Positions 29,325 to 40,059 are shown, numbered from the stretch's first letter. The stretch is DNA of 64,000 nt from an uncultured cyanobacterium (GCA_963740315.1 CAVUDP010000002.1:1472001-1536000); one strand, 5' to 3'. A program made the numbers and translations. The notes: generated by a model not told the origin, from the sequence alone.

Positions 29325-31805
29325 ATGGATAAGTTAGCGAACAAAAATACTCATCTTACCTCCAGAGAACAAGCACTTATATTGTGGTTCGATGAAATTG
29401 GAATTAATGATGTTCCTATAGTTGGCGGTAAAAGTGCTTCTTTGGGAGAGATGATTGGACAATTGACTCCGAAAGGGGTTAATGTTCCCACTGGTTTTGC
29501 TACTACTGCTTATGCTTATCGTTATTTTATTCAGTCTGCGGGTTTAGAAGAAAAGCTGCGGAATCTGTTTGCGGATTTGGATGTAGATGATTTACAAAAT
29601 TTACGTATACGGGCAAAAAAAGCGCGGAAGCTGTTGTTGCATACTCCATTCCCAGCTGAATTTAGGAGTGCGATCGCGACTGCATATAAAAAATTGTGCG
29701 AGCGGTATAATGCCGATACAGATGTTGCGGTGCGCTCCAGTGCGACTGCTGAAGATTTACCAGATGCGAGTTTTGCGGGGCAGCAGGAAACTTATCTCAA
29801 CGTGACTACAGCTGAAGAAGTTTTAGCGGCAACTCATCGTTGTTTTGCTTCTTTATTTACAGATAGAGCAATTTCTTATCGACAAACCAAAGGCTTCGAT
29901 CATTTTGATGTTGCGCTCGCGGTGGGAGTGCAAAAAATGGTGCGATCGGATTTAGCAACTTCGGGGGTAATGTTTTCCATTGAAACCGAAAGTGGTTTTA
30001 AAGATGCGGCTTTGATTACAGCAGCCTATGGTTTGGGGGAGAATGTAGTTCAAGGAGCCGTAAATCCCGATGAGTATCATGTTTTTAAACCAACATTGAT
30101 AGCGGGATATCGCCCAATTATTGATAAGAGATTGGGCAGTAAAGAAATCAAAATGATTTACGATGACGGCTCGAAAAATATTAGAAATGTGCCGGTGTCG
30201 TCTGCCGAAAGAGCGAAATTTGCTTTAAACGACGAAGACATTTTACAGCTAGCGCGTTGGGCTTGTTTGATAGAAGATCATTATTCCCACGTTCATGGTA
30301 AATACACGCCGATGGATATGGAATGGGCGAAAGATGGTATTACCAACGAATTATTTATAGTCCAAGCTCGTCCAGAAACGGTACAGTCGCAGAAAATTGG
30401 GAATGTTTTGCGTAGCTATAAGTTTACAGGGGCAAGGGGACAAGGAGACAAGGAAAATATTTCTTCCCCCTCTACCCCCTCTTCCACTCTCCTGATCGCT
30501 GGGCGTGCTGTTGGGGAAGCCATTAGTAATGGAAAGGCGCGGGTAATTCTAGATATTAGTAAAATCGAACAGTTTCAAGCGGGAGAAATACTGGTAACAG
30601 ATAGAACAGACCCCGATTGGGAACCGATTATGAAAAAAGCGAGCGCGATCGTCACTAATTCGGGGGGAAGAACCTGTCACAGCGCGATAATTGCGCGAGA
30701 GTTGGGCGTACCGGCGATTGTAGGATGTGAAAATGCCACGGAGGTTTTGAAAACTTCGCAAGAGGTAACGGTTTCTTGTGCGGAAGGAGAAGAAGGTAAG
30801 GTTTATCAAGGATTGTTACCTTTTGAAGTGGAAGAAGTGCATTTAGAAGATTTACCGCGCACCCGCACGCAAATTTTAATGAATGTGGGCAATCCTCAAG
30901 AAGCATTTCGTTTATCTACGATTCCTAGTGATGGAGTTGGGTTGGCTCGGACTGAATTTATTATTGCCAATCAAATCCAGATTCATCCGATGGCTTTGCT
31001 TAATTTTGATGAGTTGGAAGATGCGTTTGTAAAGCAAAAAATCGCCAAGATAACCGAACTTTACGAGCATAAACCAGCATTTTTTGTTGATAAATTAGCT
31101 CAAGGAATTGCTCGAATTACAGCAGCTTTTTATCCGAAGCCGGTAATAGTAAGGATGTCGGATTTTAAAAGTAATGAATATGCCAATTTGTTAGGGGGAA
31201 GACAATTTGAACCCAAGGAAGAAAATCCGATGCTGGGTTGGCGGGGTGCGTCGCGTTATTATGACGATCGCTATCGCGAAGGTTTTGCGTTGGAATGTGA
31301 AGCGATTCTGCGAGTACGGGAAGAAATGGGTTTGACTAATTTGATTCCGATGATTCCCTTTTGTCGTACTCCCGGTGAAGGGCGTTTGGTAATAGAAGAA
31401 ATGGCGAAAAATGGCTTGCAGCAGGGCGTTAATGGTTTGCAGGTTTACGTGATGTGCGAGTTACCAAATAACGTCATTATGGCTGAGGAATTTGCTCAAG
31501 TTTTTGATGGTTTTTCAATTGGTTCCAATGATTTAACTCAGTTAACTTTGGGTTTAGATAGAGATTCTTCGTTGGTAGCAAGGTTATTTGACGAGCGTAG
31601 TGAAGGTGTGAAACGGATGGTGAAATTAGCTATTCAATCCGTGAAAAAGCATAACCGTAAAATTGGTATTTGCGGACAAGCACCAAGCGATTATCCGGAA
31701 TTTGCTCAGTTTTTGGTTGAGCAAGGAATTGATTCTATTAGTTTAAATCCGGATTCTGTTTTGAAGACGATGTTGGAAATTGCCAAGGTTGAGGAGAATT
31801 TGTAG
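29325..31805 (+). CDS. ppsA: Phosphoenolpyruvate synthase
   Basis: VGGKSASLGEM, VRSSATAEDLPDASFAGQQETY, GGRTCHSAIIARELG, IGICGQAPSD. Confidence 0.97.
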   Translation: MDKLANKNTHLTSREQALILWFDEIGINDVPIVGGKSASLGEMIGQLTPKGVNVPTGFATTAYAYRYFIQSAGLEEKLRNLFADLDVDDLQNLRIRAKKARKLLLHTPFPAEFRSAIATAYKKLCERYNADTDVAVRSSATAEDLPDASFAGQQETYLNVTTAEEVLAATHRCFASLFTDRAISYRQTKGFDHFDVALAVGVQKMVRSDLATSGVMFSIETESGFKDAALITAAYGLGENVVQGAVNPDEYHVFKPTLIAGYRPIIDKRLGSKEIKMIYDDGSKNIRNVPVSSAERAKFALNDEDILQLARWACLIEDHYSHVHGKYTPMDMEWAKDGITNELFIVQARPETVQSQKIGNVLRSYKFTGARGQGDKENISSPSTPSSTLLIAGRAVGEAISNGKARVILDISKIEQFQAGEILVTDRTDPDWEPIMKKASAIVTNSGGRTCHSAIIARELGVPAIVGCENATEVLKTSQEVTVSCAEGEEGKVYQGLLPFEVEEVHLEDLPRTRTQILMNVGNPQEAFRLSTIPSDGVGLARTEFIIANQIQIHPMALLNFDELEDAFVKQKIAKITELYEHKPAFFVDKLAQGIARITAAFYPKPVIVRMSDFKSNEYANLLGGRQFEPKEENPMLGWRGASRYYDDRYREGFALECEAILRVREEMGLTNLIPMIPFCRTPGEGRLVIEEMAKNGLQQGVNGLQVYVMCELPNNVIMAEEFAQVFDGFSIGSNDLTQLTLGLDRDSSLVARLFDERSEGVKRMVKLAIQSVKKHNRKIGICGQAPSDYPEFAQFLVEQGIDSISLNPDSVLKTMLEIAKVEENL

Positions 31806-31806
31806 A

Positions 31807-32260
31807 AGGTTATACGTGCCGACTTTAGTCCTCAAATTAAAAGGGCTGAAGCCCTTACTACGAACTTTGATTAATAGCTTTTTAGAAAGGATAGATTGTA
31901 GATTGTAGGTTGGGTTAGACACGAAGATTAATTTTGGTTGTAATAAGAATTGAAGTTTTCGTGTCGTAACCCAACATTTTGCATTTAAAAGAAATATAAA
32001 AGGTTCTACGTGCCGACTTTAGTCCTTTAATAAATTTGTAGGATATTTACGTTTTGCATCAATTATTCAACCCGCTTGGGGTTGCAAACCCCAAGCTAAT
32101 AGCATAAGTCCATTAAAATGGACTAAAAGTATTTATTAGATAAAATTAAAAGATTATGGGGCTATCAAATTTAATAGATATTCATCAGTTTATCAATTAT
32201 TCTTTAGAAAGGTAGGTTGGGTTAGACACGAAGATTAATTTTGAATGTAATGAGAATTTA
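31807..32260. repeat. Mosaic REP array (families A and B alternating, plus a ggggttgcaaacccc hairpin)
   Basis: Family B = gtaggttgggttagacacg...cgtgtcgtaacccaaca at 31905-31976 and partial at 32212. Confidence 0.85.
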
Positions 32261-32327
32261 TTAGAATCTCCTGGGCTTCGGTCGATCGTATCTATCCATT
32301 TTTATTTTCAATAGTAATGCTGTTCAA

Positions 32328-32960
32328 CTAAGCCGCTATTCCTTGATCAAATCGAGTCCAAGCCTCAACCCGATCTGCGATCGCAACACATTCAGTGAAA
32401 AAATCAATATTCAATTCTGGGACAAGAATCGAAATCTGTATCTGCTCGTACCCGTAGGTTTCGAGGAACTTCGCCGGAACTTTTTCCCGTAGATAATAAA
32501 GACGAAACTGATTGTCTTTCCAAAACCAAACTTCTTTCACTCCCAATCGGAGATAAGTTTCGAGCTTTTTAATACTGCCGGTGGTAATCGTTACTTCTAT
32601 GGCTAAATCGGGAATATCTTTCTTGTCACCTATGCAGTAGCATTCATCCGGCTCACCACCAGCTTTCTTTAAGCGATTTTTTAACGTGGTGCTGCCCATC
32701 GGAGTATGTTTTATTCCCTTTTTGCAAAAATAAAATTCCAGAAGAAATCCGATGCGGGATTTAACCGTTTCATGCTTTTGTGATGGGGACACAATTTCTA
32801 ATATTTCATCGAGGTAAGTAACACGATAATGGGAATTGTCTTCTAATTTGCTCAGAAGCTTTTCAAAGCTTTCCCAACTGACACCACTAATAGTCAGCCG
32901 CTCTTCGGGATCTGAGGCAAAACTTTCTGGTTCTTCTATGATTTCCTGTAAGCTTACCAT
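32328..32960 (-). CDS. Uma2 family (DUF820) putative endonuclease
   Basis: LEIVSPSQKHE, EPDECY, PDLAIEV, LGVKEVWFW. Confidence 0.92.
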   Translation of the reverse strand: MVSLQEIIEEPESFASDPEERLTISGVSWESFEKLLSKLEDNSHYRVTYLDEILEIVSPSQKHETVKSRIGFLLEFYFCKKGIKHTPMGSTTLKNRLKKAGGEPDECYCIGDKKDIPDLAIEVTITTGSIKKLETYLRLGVKEVWFWKDNQFRLYYLREKVPAKFLETYGYEQIQISILVPELNIDFFTECVAIADRVEAWTRFDQGIAA

Positions 32961-33134
32961 TTGTTTTATCCTTATATCAGCAGCAAGTTCAGCGGCTCTC
33001 GATTTATTTTATCTCCGAAAAAGCCGATTAATCTCACTGCTAAACACTACCGCGTTTTAACGGGAGTCCTATTCTAGCAATCGTTTTGACCATTGATTGG
33101 CTAAAATATACTTAATCTTTCTCCACAAAACGCT

Positions 33135-33363
33135 ATGCAAATCGTTTTACCACCTGAAGTAGAAGATGGGAGGCTTCAAAAGAAGGTAAAGTTGTTGATG
33201 GTTCGACTGCAATGGCACAGATTCGAGTCAACTTGCATTCTAATCATACTGCTTTGGAAGAATGACTCCGCAATTTTGTCTTACTGAACCTGCCATTAAA
33301 GATATTGAGCAGATTGTTAACTATATTGCAAATAAAGCTGGTTTGCAGCAATCTGAGCCTTAA
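33135..33363 (+). pseudogene. Degenerate ParD/ParE-type toxin-antitoxin pair
   Basis: MQIVLPPEVE.. then, frameshifted, GWEASKEGKVVDGSTAMAQIR; ATGA-coupled MTPQFCLTEPAIKDIEQIVNYIA truncated after 33 codons. Confidence 0.7.
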
Positions 33364-33401
33364 CTTTAGAAATACAATTAAAATAAAAAATTTAGTTAAT
33401 C

Positions 33402-33600
33402 GTAGGTTGGGTTAGACACGAAAATCAATTTTGATTGTAATGAGAATTTAAGTTTTCGTGTCGTAACCCAACATTTTGCATTTAAAAGAAATATAAAAGG
33501 TTCGTAGTCAGGACTTTAGTCCTTAAATTAAGAGGGCTAAAGCCCTTACTACGAACTTTTATTAATAGCTTTTTAGAAAGGTAGGTTGGGTTAGACACGA
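33402..33600. repeat. Mosaic REP array B-A-B(partial)
   Basis: Same elements and same linkers as 31807-32030. Confidence 0.85.
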
Positions 33601-33623
33601 TTTGCAATCCTATTCCCTTATAA

Positions 33624-34025
33624 ATGACAACACTACTTGAAACCAAACGCTTAATCATTCGCAGATGGATTCCTGAAAATAAACAAAGCAATAATACTAC
33701 AACTGGGGCTTGGGCAATTGTAGAAAACGATTCTGAGAGATGCAGCTACCCGATGAAAGTCAGCCTACACAAGATGGCGGAAGTTGGCTGGCATCTGAGA
33801 AAAGCTTCTTGGGGTAAAGGCTATGCAACCGAGGCAGCAAGGAAAATAATTAATTACGGGTTTAATATTTTACAGTTATCAGAAATTTATGCAGTGGTGA
33901 AACCGGAAAATCATGCTTCGGTTAAAGTCACTCAACGACTGGGTATGAAACATGAAGGGAATTACAAATCGGTATTACGATGGTGTAGAACTTTTATTAT
34001 TCAAATTAGAACCGCAAGAAAATAA
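33624..34025 (+). pseudogene. RimJ/RimL-type GNAT acetyltransferase, internally deleted and frameshifted
   Basis: LETKRLIIRRW start and EVGWHL..WGKGYATEAA..NHASVKVTQRLGM, but the central part is missing. Confidence 0.7.
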
Positions 34026-34069
34026 ATCGAAAATGCGCTTCAATGATGTAGGGATGTAGTGGTTTCGGC

Positions 34070-35632
34070 TTGATTAATTCAGTGATGACTCAAAAACAGT
34101 CTTTTTCTTGGTTTAAAGTTGGCATGGTAGCCGTGTTTCTGCTGTCAGTTGCCTTAAGATTTTGGGGATTGGGACGATTTAACACCCTGGTATTTGATGA
34201 AGTTTACTACGCTAAGTTTGCTCAAAACTATCTGAGTCAAACTTCATTTTTTGACGGACATCCACCATTAGGAAAATATATCATTGCTATTGGAATGTGG
34301 CTGAGTGATTATTTTCCTTTTGGGCAAGATACGGTAAATGTTCTTACGGGTGTACCACGTTCCCCTTGGAGTTATCGGTGGATAAATGCCTTGTTTGGTG
34401 CTTTTATTCCGCTTATTGTTGCTGGAATTGCCTATCAATTAAGTTATCGTCGTAGCTTTGCTTTTTTGGCTGGTTTATTTACAGCTTGCGACGGTATATT
34501 TTTGGTTGAGTCTCGCTATGCTTTAATTAATCAGTATATAGTCATTTTTGGATTATTAGGACAATGGTTGTTATTAATCGCTTTAGGGAATACGAAAAAA
34601 CAACGAAAGTTTTATTTAATACTTTCTGGAATTAGTTTTGGTGCGGCGATCGCTACAAAATGGAATGGATTATTCTTTTTGATCGGCGTATATTTAAGCT
34701 GGATGCTTGCTTGGTTGAAGCAACATTTTGCGGCTAAAGATACGGTAATTAGTACAAAAAGTGTTTTAGAAAATGCTTCATCTTATCCTTCCACAACAGA
34801 ATTAAGACATACCACTACATTCGCCGTACCCGAACAAAGTACAAACAAACCTTTACTGTTACCGCTGCAAAAAATCGGTCAACTGAAGATTTTTACCGCT
34901 GCATTTTACTTAGGAATAATCCCGCTGATAACCTATAGCTTAATTTGGATACCCCATATTATTCAAAATCCTAAATACAATTTTATAGGAGTACATCAAC
35001 AAATTTTATCTTTTCACAATCGTCTTGGTGGTAATACTTCTAACGTACATCCTTACTGTGCAGCTTGGTATAAATGGCCATTGTTAACTCGTCCAATTGC
35101 TTATTTTTACCAAAGAGCATCCAATGCAACTGAACCCGTATCAATTATCGGACCACCTTTACCATCAAATACGGGTAAAGTCATATATGATGTTCATGCG
35201 ATGGGCAATCCATTGTTATGGTGGTTTGGATTTGCTGCCCTAATAGTTTTAATTGTTGCAGTTTTATTAAAACAGATAATCATTCCTTCAATTCAACAAA
35301 AACGTTTGTCTTTTAATTCGTCATTTTCTGTTGATACTGGCATTGCTTTATATTTAATTTTAAATTATGCTGCTAACTTACTACCTTGGGTAAAAGTTAA
35401 TCGTTGCGTTTTCATATATCATTATATGACTGCTGTGGTTTTCGCATTTCTGGCTTTAGCTTGGCTGATAGATAAATGCTTGCGTAGTTATTATATCGAA
35501 CTCCGGGCTTTTGGACTGACAATTACTTTACTAATTATTATCGCTTTTGTTTTTTGGATGCCGATATATTTAGGTTTACCTCTCTCGGCTGATGCTTATA
35601 ACTTGCGGATGTGGTTTAATTATTGGATTTAA
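34070..35632 (+). CDS. Dolichyl-phosphate-mannose-protein mannosyltransferase (PMT/GT39) family
   Basis: VFDEVYY, FDGHPPLGK, ESRYAL, HPYCAAWYKWP, FIYHY; many TM helices. Confidence 0.9.
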   Translation: MINSVMTQKQSFSWFKVGMVAVFLLSVALRFWGLGRFNTLVFDEVYYAKFAQNYLSQTSFFDGHPPLGKYIIAIGMWLSDYFPFGQDTVNVLTGVPRSPWSYRWINALFGAFIPLIVAGIAYQLSYRRSFAFLAGLFTACDGIFLVESRYALINQYIVIFGLLGQWLLLIALGNTKKQRKFYLILSGISFGAAIATKWNGLFFLIGVYLSWMLAWLKQHFAAKDTVISTKSVLENASSYPSTTELRHTTTFAVPEQSTNKPLLLPLQKIGQLKIFTAAFYLGIIPLITYSLIWIPHIIQNPKYNFIGVHQQILSFHNRLGGNTSNVHPYCAAWYKWPLLTRPIAYFYQRASNATEPVSIIGPPLPSNTGKVIYDVHAMGNPLLWWFGFAALIVLIVAVLLKQIIIPSIQQKRLSFNSSFSVDTGIALYLILNYAANLLPWVKVNRCVFIYHYMTAVVFAFLALAWLIDKCLRSYYIELRAFGLTITLLIIIAFVFWMPIYLGLPLSADAYNLRMWFNYWI

Positions 35633-35668
35633 TCAGTTACCAGTTACCAGTTACCAGTTACCAGTTAC
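35633..35668. repeat. STRR (CAGTTAC)n
   Basis: About five tandem heptamers. Confidence 0.85.
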
Positions 35669-36069
35669 AAAACCCGACATAATAATCCGATCGCATTCTT
35701 AAATTTCGGAGCGAGAATTTAGAAACTGGGTTTTTTGGCTTAAATTTTTACAGATCATATGAGATAACTATATATAAATTATTATTTTTAAATATATTTT
35801 GATAAAAATTATTAAAACGTTAATTAAAACGAATGATTTTTTGATAATTCTTATCGGTACTATAGATAATAGTCTGTTATATTTGAAAAGTTAAATTGGT
35901 TGATTTAAAAATTAAATAATATAGAATTATTGAGAAAGTTATAGGGCTTTTTGGTTGAGTTTAATGCAAATCTGTCTTAAACCTACAAAAATATATACTA
36001 AATTCGGTTAAAAATATAGCGAATATTTCGATGAATTAGTAACGAGAATAAACATATCAGAGTTTTATT

Positions 36070-37695
36070 GTGATCAAAAATTCAAACCTAACTCCTTCAG
36101 ATTTAACTTTATTAAAAGAACCAGTAATTCATTTAGGTAGTCAAATCCAGAGTCATGGTGTATTGCTCGTTCTTCAAGAACCATCACTAGATATTTTACA
36201 AGTTAGTCGTAATGCTGCTTCGATTCTCGATCTTCCTCTAGAAACGCTATTAGAAAAGAATTTAGAAGATTTATTAGACCCTTATCAAATTGGGAGAATC
36301 AAATCTCGTTTAGCAGAAGATGCTCTAGACTTTACTAATCCGACAAAAATTTGGGTTAAAAAAAGTAGAGAAGACTATGCTGTATTTGATGCGGTATTTC
36401 ATCGCAATTCGGAAGGAATTTTAATTTTAGAATTAGAACCAGCAATTTCTGAAGATAATGTTCCTTTTTTAAGTTTTTATCATTTAGCTAAAGCTTCTAT
36501 TAATAAGTTACAAGAATCTGCCAGCCTTGAGGATTACTGTCAAATTATTGCAGAAACAGTACGAAAAGTCACCGAGTTTGATAGGGTGATGCTTTATAAA
36601 TTCGATCGTGATGGGCATGGCTGCGTAGTTGCTGAAGATAAAGTCGAAAGTATAGAGCCTTATAAGGGTTTGAATTTCCCAGAATCGGATATTCCTAAAC
36701 CTGCGAGAAAAATGTTTCTTTCTAATTTGATTAGATTGATACAAGACTCTCAAGAGGAACCTGTAGATATATTTCCAGTTTTAAATCCAGTTACAGAACG
36801 TCCGATTGATTTAAGTAGTTCTACTTTGAGAAGTCCTTATCCCTGTCATGTAGAATATTTACATAATATGGGTGTGGGTGCTTCTTTAACTATTTCTTTG
36901 ATTAAAGAAGGTAAACTTTGGGGCTTAATTGCTTGTCACCATCCAACACCGAAATTTGTTTCCTTTGAATTGCGAAAAGCCTGCGAATTCTTGGGAAGAA
37001 TGATATTTAGTGAAATTTCCACGAGAGAACAAACTCAAGATTGCGACTATCGGATCAAGTTAAATGATATTCAATCTAGTTTGATTGATTGTATATCTCA
37101 AGAAGATAATTTTATTGCTGGTTTAATCAAGCATCAGTCTAATTTATTAGATTTAACTAGCGCTCGTGGTGCAGCAATTTGTTTTAGTGGAAATTACACT
37201 TTAATTGGTGAGACTCCCGCAGAAGAAGATTTAAATGGTTTAGTTACCTGGTTGCAAAAAAACGTTGACGAGGAAGTTTTCTATACAGATTCTCTGGCTG
37301 AAAATTATCCAGATGCGGAAAAGTTTAAAAATATTGCAAGTGGCTTATTAGCGATTCCAATTGGTAAACGAAATTATGTATTATGGTTCCGTCCGGAAGT
37401 AATTCAAACGGTTAATTGGGGAGGAAATCCCAATGAAGCATTTGAAGTTAACGAATCGGAAGGAAATTTACGTTTATGTCCGCGCAAGTCTTTTGAATTA
37501 TGGAAAGAAACCGTTCGTTTAACCTCTTTACCTTGGCAACCTGTTGAAATCAAAGCAGCATTAGATTTGCGGAGAGCTATAGTTAATATTGTATTAGAAC
37601 AAGCTGAAGAATTAGCCTTGTTAGTAGCAGAATTAGAAAGTTTTGATGGTGGAAAAAATTTGCTGACGTTGCTGCTTGCTGTTATTAAAGACTGA
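36070..37695 (+). CDS. Cph1/AphA-type phytochrome photosensory core (PAS-GAF-PHY) without histidine kinase
   Basis: IQSHGVLL, FDRVMLYKF, FPESDIP, PCHVEYLHNMGV (GAF Cys), LWGLIACHH, WGG..PRKSFELWKE. Confidence 0.9.
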   Translation: MIKNSNLTPSDLTLLKEPVIHLGSQIQSHGVLLVLQEPSLDILQVSRNAASILDLPLETLLEKNLEDLLDPYQIGRIKSRLAEDALDFTNPTKIWVKKSREDYAVFDAVFHRNSEGILILELEPAISEDNVPFLSFYHLAKASINKLQESASLEDYCQIIAETVRKVTEFDRVMLYKFDRDGHGCVVAEDKVESIEPYKGLNFPESDIPKPARKMFLSNLIRLIQDSQEEPVDIFPVLNPVTERPIDLSSSTLRSPYPCHVEYLHNMGVGASLTISLIKEGKLWGLIACHHPTPKFVSFELRKACEFLGRMIFSEISTREQTQDCDYRIKLNDIQSSLIDCISQEDNFIAGLIKHQSNLLDLTSARGAAICFSGNYTLIGETPAEEDLNGLVTWLQKNVDEEVFYTDSLAENYPDAEKFKNIASGLLAIPIGKRNYVLWFRPEVIQTVNWGGNPNEAFEVNESEGNLRLCPRKSFELWKETVRLTSLPWQPVEIKAALDLRRAIVNIVLEQAEELALLVAELESFDGGKNLLTLLLAVIKD

Positions 37696-37702
37696 AGAGT
37701 CA

Positions 37703-37842
37703 GGGATTGGGAGTTAGGAGTTAGGAGTTGGGAGTTATGAATTGGGCATAGGGCATGGGGCATCGGGCATTGATAGAAGTTACGAGTTATATTCTCCTTG
37801 TCTCCCCATCTCCCCCTCTCCCCATCTCCCCATCCCCCATCC
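37703..37842. repeat. STRR tracts (GGAGTTA/G, GGGCATA/G, CCCCATCT)
   Basis: Tandem 7-8-mers directly after the phytochrome stop codon. Confidence 0.85.
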
Positions 37843-37879
37843 CTTAAAATAAAGAAGGGTTCCAAAAAGAGGGGATATC

Positions 37880-38743
37880 GTGTCAAAACCGAAAGAAGCT
37901 CCGAAAACTCAACTTCCTTCTTTGACTAAAACAGCTTCTTGGGATGGTGTTAATGTTGAATATGGTTTGTTAGATGCTGTGGGTGAGTTTGATTTTGCGA
38001 TGCCCAAGCAGGCTATCAGTATTGCTTTTGCACCCCACGATCGCGTAACTTGGTCGGTTGATGGGGGTTCGAGTCAAACCACTGCATTGCCCGCAGGAAG
38101 CGCATTTGTTTATGGCGATCGCAACTTTGTTTGGCACAAGCGGGAAAGATGCAGCGAATATATCAATATAATGCTCGAACCTGAGTTTTTACAGCAAGTC
38201 GCTTCAGAAAACGGTATATCTACACCTGTTGAAATCCAGCACAAAGTTATTTTTCTCGACTCTACTATTCTCCATGTCGGGCAATTGATGAAATTGGAAG
38301 TTCTCAACGGTGGGGTTGCAGGAAAACTTTATACGGAATCGCTGCGGAATTTACTGGCGGTTCACCTGTTGAGGAATTATACGGGTACGAGTGAAAAGCA
38401 GGAATTATCAGATGGTGCGCTTGATGGTTTGAAGTTGCAGCAAGTAAAAGATTTTATTGAAGATAATTTAGCAGAAAAACTGACAATAAGCGATATGGCT
38501 GCGGTAGTGCATATGAGTCAGTTTCATTTTGCTCGCGTTTTTAAAGCCGCAACTGGTGAGTCACCCCATCGTTATGTGACGCAAAGACGCATGGAAAGAG
38601 CAAAAGTTTTATTGAATGTGACTAAATTTCCGGTAGCAGAAATAGCTTATCGCGTCGGTTTTTATAATCCCAGTCATTTTACTTCGCAGTTTCGGAAATT
38701 GATGGGGATGACACCGAAAAAGTATCGGGATGGTAATGGGTAA
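37880..38743 (+). CDS. AraC family transcriptional regulator
   Basis: MSQFHFARVFKAATGESPHRYV..AEIAYRVGFYNPSHFTSQFRKLMGMTPKKYR. Confidence 0.93.
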   Translation: MSKPKEAPKTQLPSLTKTASWDGVNVEYGLLDAVGEFDFAMPKQAISIAFAPHDRVTWSVDGGSSQTTALPAGSAFVYGDRNFVWHKRERCSEYINIMLEPEFLQQVASENGISTPVEIQHKVIFLDSTILHVGQLMKLEVLNGGVAGKLYTESLRNLLAVHLLRNYTGTSEKQELSDGALDGLKLQQVKDFIEDNLAEKLTISDMAAVVHMSQFHFARVFKAATGESPHRYVTQRRMERAKVLLNVTKFPVAEIAYRVGFYNPSHFTSQFRKLMGMTPKKYRDGNG

Positions 38744-38800
38744 TTGGTGATTAAAAAGTATTTCATCTCAACCAATTCTAAAACTACTTATCTGCTTCCA

Positions 38801-39913
38801 CTAAAGCGACTCATTCAAACCTTCTTCGGAAGCACCAGCTTGACGCAGCAACTGCTGTACCGTCCAATCCGACAACATCATGGCTGTATTCCCTTCGTTG
38901 TCTCGGATGTTGACATCGGCACCTACTTCAATCAACGCTTTTACAGAATCAGCATTATTACAAGCTACAATCATTGCCGTTTCACCGTTATCATTGCGTA
39001 TATTGGGATTGGCTCCCCGATTAACCAAAAACTTAATTACTTCAGCCCGATTAGAAGCAAAAAAGCTGCTAGCAATGCACATTAAAGCAGTTGTACCTTC
39101 TTCAAACTCTTCCTCGCTACCAAGATTTGGATCGGCTCCTGCATCGAGCAATGCTTCCATTACGCTTTTATGTCCGTACATTGCAGCCAACATCAGCGGA
39201 CTTTTACCACATTCGGTGATTGCGTTTGCGTCTGCACCTGCTGCAATTAATTGCTCAACTTTGGTTAACTTTCCGTACATTGCAGCAGTACCCAGTTTTT
39301 CTAACGGAGATAATGCTTCATCCTCATCTTCCCGATCATCTTCCATCATTTGAGCCATACCAGCCGAAGCAAGCCCGCTCGTGAATTGCACTAAACCATG
39401 TCCGAAATTGGATTCCTGACGGATTGAATATTCATCCACCATTTGAGCGATCGCTAATAAATCGTCAAATATCGGTTGCGCTTCACCACAGCGTTTTTCC
39501 AAATCTTTAACGTAATCTAAATGCTGCGATAAAAGTTCTACAACATTCAAACCGGGCAAGGAAACGCGAAATAATCCTTGCTCTTCATAAGCATTTTGAA
39601 TAACTTTTACCGTGGTGGTTGTTAAATAGCTATTATCGGCAAATCTACAAACGCAATCGATTCCCTGCAAGCCAGATTCTTGCGACATCACAGAAATAGC
39701 AGTACGTTTATCTGAACTAACGTATGCATAAATTTCCCCAAGGGGAAATTGCGAGCAAGTTAGTTTTCCTAGATAAACAATATCTTGCGCGAGCAGTTGT
39801 CCGACTTCTTGAATGCTCGGATGTACATTTTCTGGTAGCTTTTCATATTCTGTACCAAAGTAATTTCCAGTTTGTCCGCTATAAAGCAAAGGAATCGGTT
39901 GTTCTGTACTCAT
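38801..39913 (-). CDS. Ankyrin-repeat protein
   Basis: GKSPLMLAAMYGH, GTTALM, GANPN, GETAM, GADVN repeats in the C-terminal half. Confidence 0.88.
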   Translation of the reverse strand: MSTEQPIPLLYSGQTGNYFGTEYEKLPENVHPSIQEVGQLLAQDIVYLGKLTCSQFPLGEIYAYVSSDKRTAISVMSQESGLQGIDCVCRFADNSYLTTTTVKVIQNAYEEQGLFRVSLPGLNVVELLSQHLDYVKDLEKRCGEAQPIFDDLLAIAQMVDEYSIRQESNFGHGLVQFTSGLASAGMAQMMEDDREDEDEALSPLEKLGTAAMYGKLTKVEQLIAAGADANAITECGKSPLMLAAMYGHKSVMEALLDAGADPNLGSEEEFEEGTTALMCIASSFFASNRAEVIKFLVNRGANPNIRNDNGETAMIVACNNADSVKALIEVGADVNIRDNEGNTAMMLSDWTVQQLLRQAGASEEGLNESL

Positions 39914-40059
39914 GGGATTTTAAAATACAACTTAAAAATAAATATTTGTTTTAGGATAACCGGAATATATCTATAAATTCACTAAACATAATTATGAATT
40001 TCTGCTTCAGATTTTTCTAAAGGCTTGTAGTAAGGAATGCCCGTGCTATTCATAGGGTT

